From positions 1,811,043 to 1,875,042 of the forward strand of contig CBDBMJ010000001.1 of the NCBI GenBank assembly GCA_965207455.1: a stretch of DNA of 64,000 nt, read 5' to 3'. Below the pieces are notes generated by a model. The model ran no database searches and was not told the DNA's origin. It was given only the letters and a program-made list of their open reading frames with translations. This DNA comes from Bdellovibrionota bacterium. GTDB lineage: Bacteria > Bdellovibrionota > UBA1018 > CAIPTA01 > JAALKR01. Made by a program: the position numbers and the translations under genes. Below, in pieces: positions 61,188 through 64,000 of this stretch; within the stretch, counting starts at the first letter, position 1; each line of letters begins with the position of its first letter.

Positions 61188-61802
61188 GTGCTTAGCAAAA
61201 TTAAAAAAAGGAGAATGATAATGATAAAAAATAATATAAAACACTATGTACTAATCTTTTTATGTACTTTTTCCGTAACAACAATAGCAGCAATGCAGGA
61301 GCGAGATAATGGTCCGCTAGATAGACTCGATGGATACACTTACTACGAGACACTAGAAAGTTATTTTAATAGCTCAGCAGCAGCAGAGAGGAGCAATGTT
61401 CTTGGTTGGACAAGTGGGCGGTGCTATAGCTTAGAAGATCAAAACTCTCCTAAAGCTACAATGCTTGTTGGATTCCAACTCGGCCCTAAACCTACTCATC
61501 ATAAATTTGCTATCCTTAACTCCGTCACCGAAAGTCCAAAATATTATGACACTTTTGACTCCAATAACGGGGATAGTGTAGGAAGCAGTCTCGCAAGGTT
61601 CTCAAGTCTGGAAGATGGAAGCCTTGTATATAGAAATAGCTTTGCTTTTTCAACCGATACTAAGTATAGCCTTAGAAAGAACGTAATGCCAGGATCAGGC
61701 ATGCCATATCTTCTATCAAAAACTACTCTTCTAACGTATCCAGGCGGAGTTATTAACAATGCGTTCACACATTACTGTTACTACTTTAAGAAAATTAGAT
61801 AA
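61188..61802 (+). CDS. Hypothetical secreted protein
   Basis: Signal-peptide-like segment; AGGAG RBS suggests a start near 61216-61222. Confidence 0.7.
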   Translation: MLSKIKKRRMIMIKNNIKHYVLIFLCTFSVTTIAAMQERDNGPLDRLDGYTYYETLESYFNSSAAAERSNVLGWTSGRCYSLEDQNSPKATMLVGFQLGPKPTHHKFAILNSVTESPKYYDTFDSNNGDSVGSSLARFSSLEDGSLVYRNSFAFSTDTKYSLRKNVMPGSGMPYLLSKTTLLTYPGGVINNAFTHYCYYFKKIR

Positions 61803-61835
61803 CAGAACTACCTAAAATAATAATAGTAATAAATG

Positions 61836-61872
61836 AAATCCTCTGCTTAGTATAATAGGCAGAGGATTTTTT
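61836..61872 (+). terminator. Rho-independent terminator
   Basis: AAATCCTCTGC / GCAGAGGATTT plus T tract. Confidence 0.85.
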
Positions 61873-62064
61873 GTTTCATCGCCTATGGAAAGCTAAATCT
61901 ATATTATGCGTGATCTGATCGTGATCAAATGGTTAAATTGGGGGAATTAGCGGAACTAGTCGGTGCTATGCAGCAATGGCACTAGGTTTTTGTTTGTGTT
62001 TCTTTAATTTCAACAAGTTATATTTTTTTTTCTAACTATTGCGCCTACAAAATGAAAAAAAATA

Positions 62065-63691
62065 TGTAGGGGCAAAACTAAAAGATCACACCACGGTGTA
62101 GCATTTTTTGAAGTCAAAATCCAGTTTCCGACTTGTTTTCTTTTATATTTTCCCTTATTCAACTCCTTGCGACATAGAGGTATTCCCTCGCTTTATGAAG
62201 GATGTCCGTTGAACGATCTCCGTGGGTCCAATCGACTTTTCGTGATAGCTCTGATTTCAGTGAGGCATAGGTGTCTGTGAGGCATCCGCTCCCAATGATG
62301 ATAGTGAGGCGAGGTCTGTGGTGTATCCACCCCTAAATGATATTAGTGAAGCATGGGTTTGTGGGACAACCCTATTTTTAACAGCCGGTCTACTTCCTGG
62401 TTTATGGTTTTATCACTACTTAGAGCTGGTCTTGGCTTCCTATTAATAATCTCATAGTCTAATGGCTTGCCTTTAAAATCTAATTCTACTCTACCATCAC
62501 GATAGGTGAGGACAGTTATTCTTTGACCCTTGAGGTGATGACCTCCACCATTACTTTTAATTTGGTATAAACAACTGTTATGTTGGATTGAAAGATTTTT
62601 ACTTATAATTCTTTCCTTCTTCCATGTAAGCAGTCTATCCAGTCCTCCGTTTACCCAACCTCTTGCATTTCTATGAACATCTTCAGTGACCTCATAACCC
62701 CAACGCCTATTGTATCCCTCTATGAATTCTGGAAGATAAGCATTGGCCTCCTCGATAGTACTAATCTGTTGTAAGCGCATAGCTTTTAGCAAGCGATCCT
62801 GTAGGGTTCTATTCACTCTCTCCACTCGACCCTTAGCTTGAGGAGAATAGGCATTAATAGACTTAATACCTAGCTCATGTAAAACAGAACCAAACTGAGT
62901 GTACTTAACACCTTGGTTCCTTTTTTCAGAGGTAGCTACCGAGAATATTCCATGTCTATCGTGGTAAAAAGCTCTGGGAATCCCATATTTTTTTATATAT
63001 TTTTCCAAACACTCCATGTATGCAAAGGCTGTTTCAGCAGGAGAAAAATGGCATATTATCTTGCTGCTAGCATCGTCTACAAAAACAATCAAACAGCACT
63101 TAGGACCTCTTTTCTCAAACCAAGCATGATGGGTTCCATCTATTTGCACCAATTCACCACTCCCTTCTCTCCGTTCACGATAAGAGTGTATTCGTTTTGA
63201 TTTCGATTTACGAGGTTCCCATAAACCCCAATCCGTCATCCATTCTCTTAAAGTTTCCTTGGAAATTTTAATTCCAAATTTCTCTAACAAAGTCTCCGAC
63301 ATCAAAGTGGGTCCAAAGCCCTTATATTTCTTTTCACTAACAACCTTATTTATACAATCCTTAAAATCATCCGTGAGTTTTCTCGTGTTTGGCTTTCCAA
63401 CTCGCTTCGGAGCTAAAGCGGCAATACCATCATTGTCATACCTCTTGAAAAGGCGATTCACCCATTTTCGGCTTAAACCAAGCCTTCTAGCAGCCTCTGA
63501 TTGTGTTATCAGACCTGACGCAATGTCCCACATCGCCTTCTCCCTATCCCTGATCTTTTTCATCATCTTAATCTCCATTTCCATTTCCATTGATGCGTCC
63601 TCCCTTAAATTGTTGATAATAAAGAAGATTATACACCGTGGTGTGAAGTTTTAGTTTTGCAGAGGTGTGATCTTTTAGTTTTGCGCCTACA
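62065..63691 (-). mobile_element. Insertion sequence, IS1202-like (ISNCY)
   Basis: Terminal IRs TGTAGG(G/C)GCAAAACTAAAAGATCACACC; subterminal repeat at 63632-63660; imperfect ~15-bp flanking direct repeat. Confidence 0.88.
62343..63590 (-). CDS. DDE transposase (ISNCY/IS1202 group)
   Basis: N-terminal HTH, GELVQIDG, VDDASS, YHDRHGIF and SPQAKGRVERVNRTLQDRL. Confidence 0.93.
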   Translation of the reverse strand: MEMEMEIKMMKKIRDREKAMWDIASGLITQSEAARRLGLSRKWVNRLFKRYDNDGIAALAPKRVGKPNTRKLTDDFKDCINKVVSEKKYKGFGPTLMSETLLEKFGIKISKETLREWMTDWGLWEPRKSKSKRIHSYRERREGSGELVQIDGTHHAWFEKRGPKCCLIVFVDDASSKIICHFSPAETAFAYMECLEKYIKKYGIPRAFYHDRHGIFSVATSEKRNQGVKYTQFGSVLHELGIKSINAYSPQAKGRVERVNRTLQDRLLKAMRLQQISTIEEANAYLPEFIEGYNRRWGYEVTEDVHRNARGWVNGGLDRLLTWKKERIISKNLSIQHNSCLYQIKSNGGGHHLKGQRITVLTYRDGRVELDFKGKPLDYEIINRKPRPALSSDKTINQEVDRLLKIGLSHKPMLH

Positions 63692-63808
63692 AGAGTGAAA
63701 AAAATATTGACAGTAGATAGCAAGTGAGATTATTGTGTCCTTATATAAAAGAGGTACGCAGTGTGTCTCTTAATAATTAAATTAATAATCAAAGAAAGAA
63801 GGTAAATT

Positions 63809-64000
63809 ATGAGAACTATATTAAAATCAACAAAATTAACTTTAGCATTGACTATAGTTTGCGCTTTATGGAGTGCTCCAGTTTTTGCTCACGAAACTCC
63901 ACCACCTGTGGACGGAGATAATCAATGGGTGTGGGCAGAGTGTCAACCTCTTGATTCCTCTAACTCCTTTAGACAGCATACATCTTGCACTCTAAAGGAA
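63809..64000 (+). CDS. Secreted protein, truncated by the window edge
   Basis: MRTILKSTKLTLALTIVCALWSAPVFA-HETPP signal peptide; AAGG RBS; TTGACA at 63707. Confidence 0.65.
   Translation, partial: MRTILKSTKLTLALTIVCALWSAPVFAHETPPPVDGDNQWVWAECQPLDSSNSFRQHTSCTLKE

Noticed and set aside
61887..61914. TCTATA-TTATGCGTGAT dif-like half site near the IS
   Set aside because: Only one arm resembles dif, and the IS end is about 150 bp away

Overview
Bacterial chromosome segment, most consistent with a Bdellovibrionota/deltaproteobacteria-like organism (inferred from the pilA-pilG-pilH-pilI-pilD order, two short flagellins and the rho-rpmE-prfA-prmC-murA operon). Bases 1-26,000 are a type IV pilus locus merged with an AT-rich accessory/defence hotspot. 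It holds a 1.3-kb pilI'-pilD duplication, a TIGR04255-like/HNH operon, a C5 methyltransferase facing a broken partner, a proteasome-beta-like (Thr1/Asp17/Lys33) protein with a small partner and two relics, decayed beta/sce7726 genes and a frameshifted DUF285 lipoprotein. Several modules begin at a recurring palindrome, TGTCYGA-N3-TCARACA. The native pil genes have an extreme, patchy C/A-rich sense strand, and the two pilI/pilD copies differ by clustered, polarised transitions. Bases 26,000-61,000 are mostly core genes (arsM-like, mlaEFD, lepA, pyrB/pyrC'/carA, mreB, amn, hpt, lpxH, fliC x2, murA, prmC, prfA, rpmE, rho, class A PBP, porin). They also include an unannotated DRR-repeat microprotein and a signal-peptidase homologue with an altered catalytic dyad. 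An IS1202-like element with relic ends lies at 62-63.7 kb. No rRNA, tRNA, CRISPR array or integrase was seen. All family calls come from motif recognition by eye; no database search was run.
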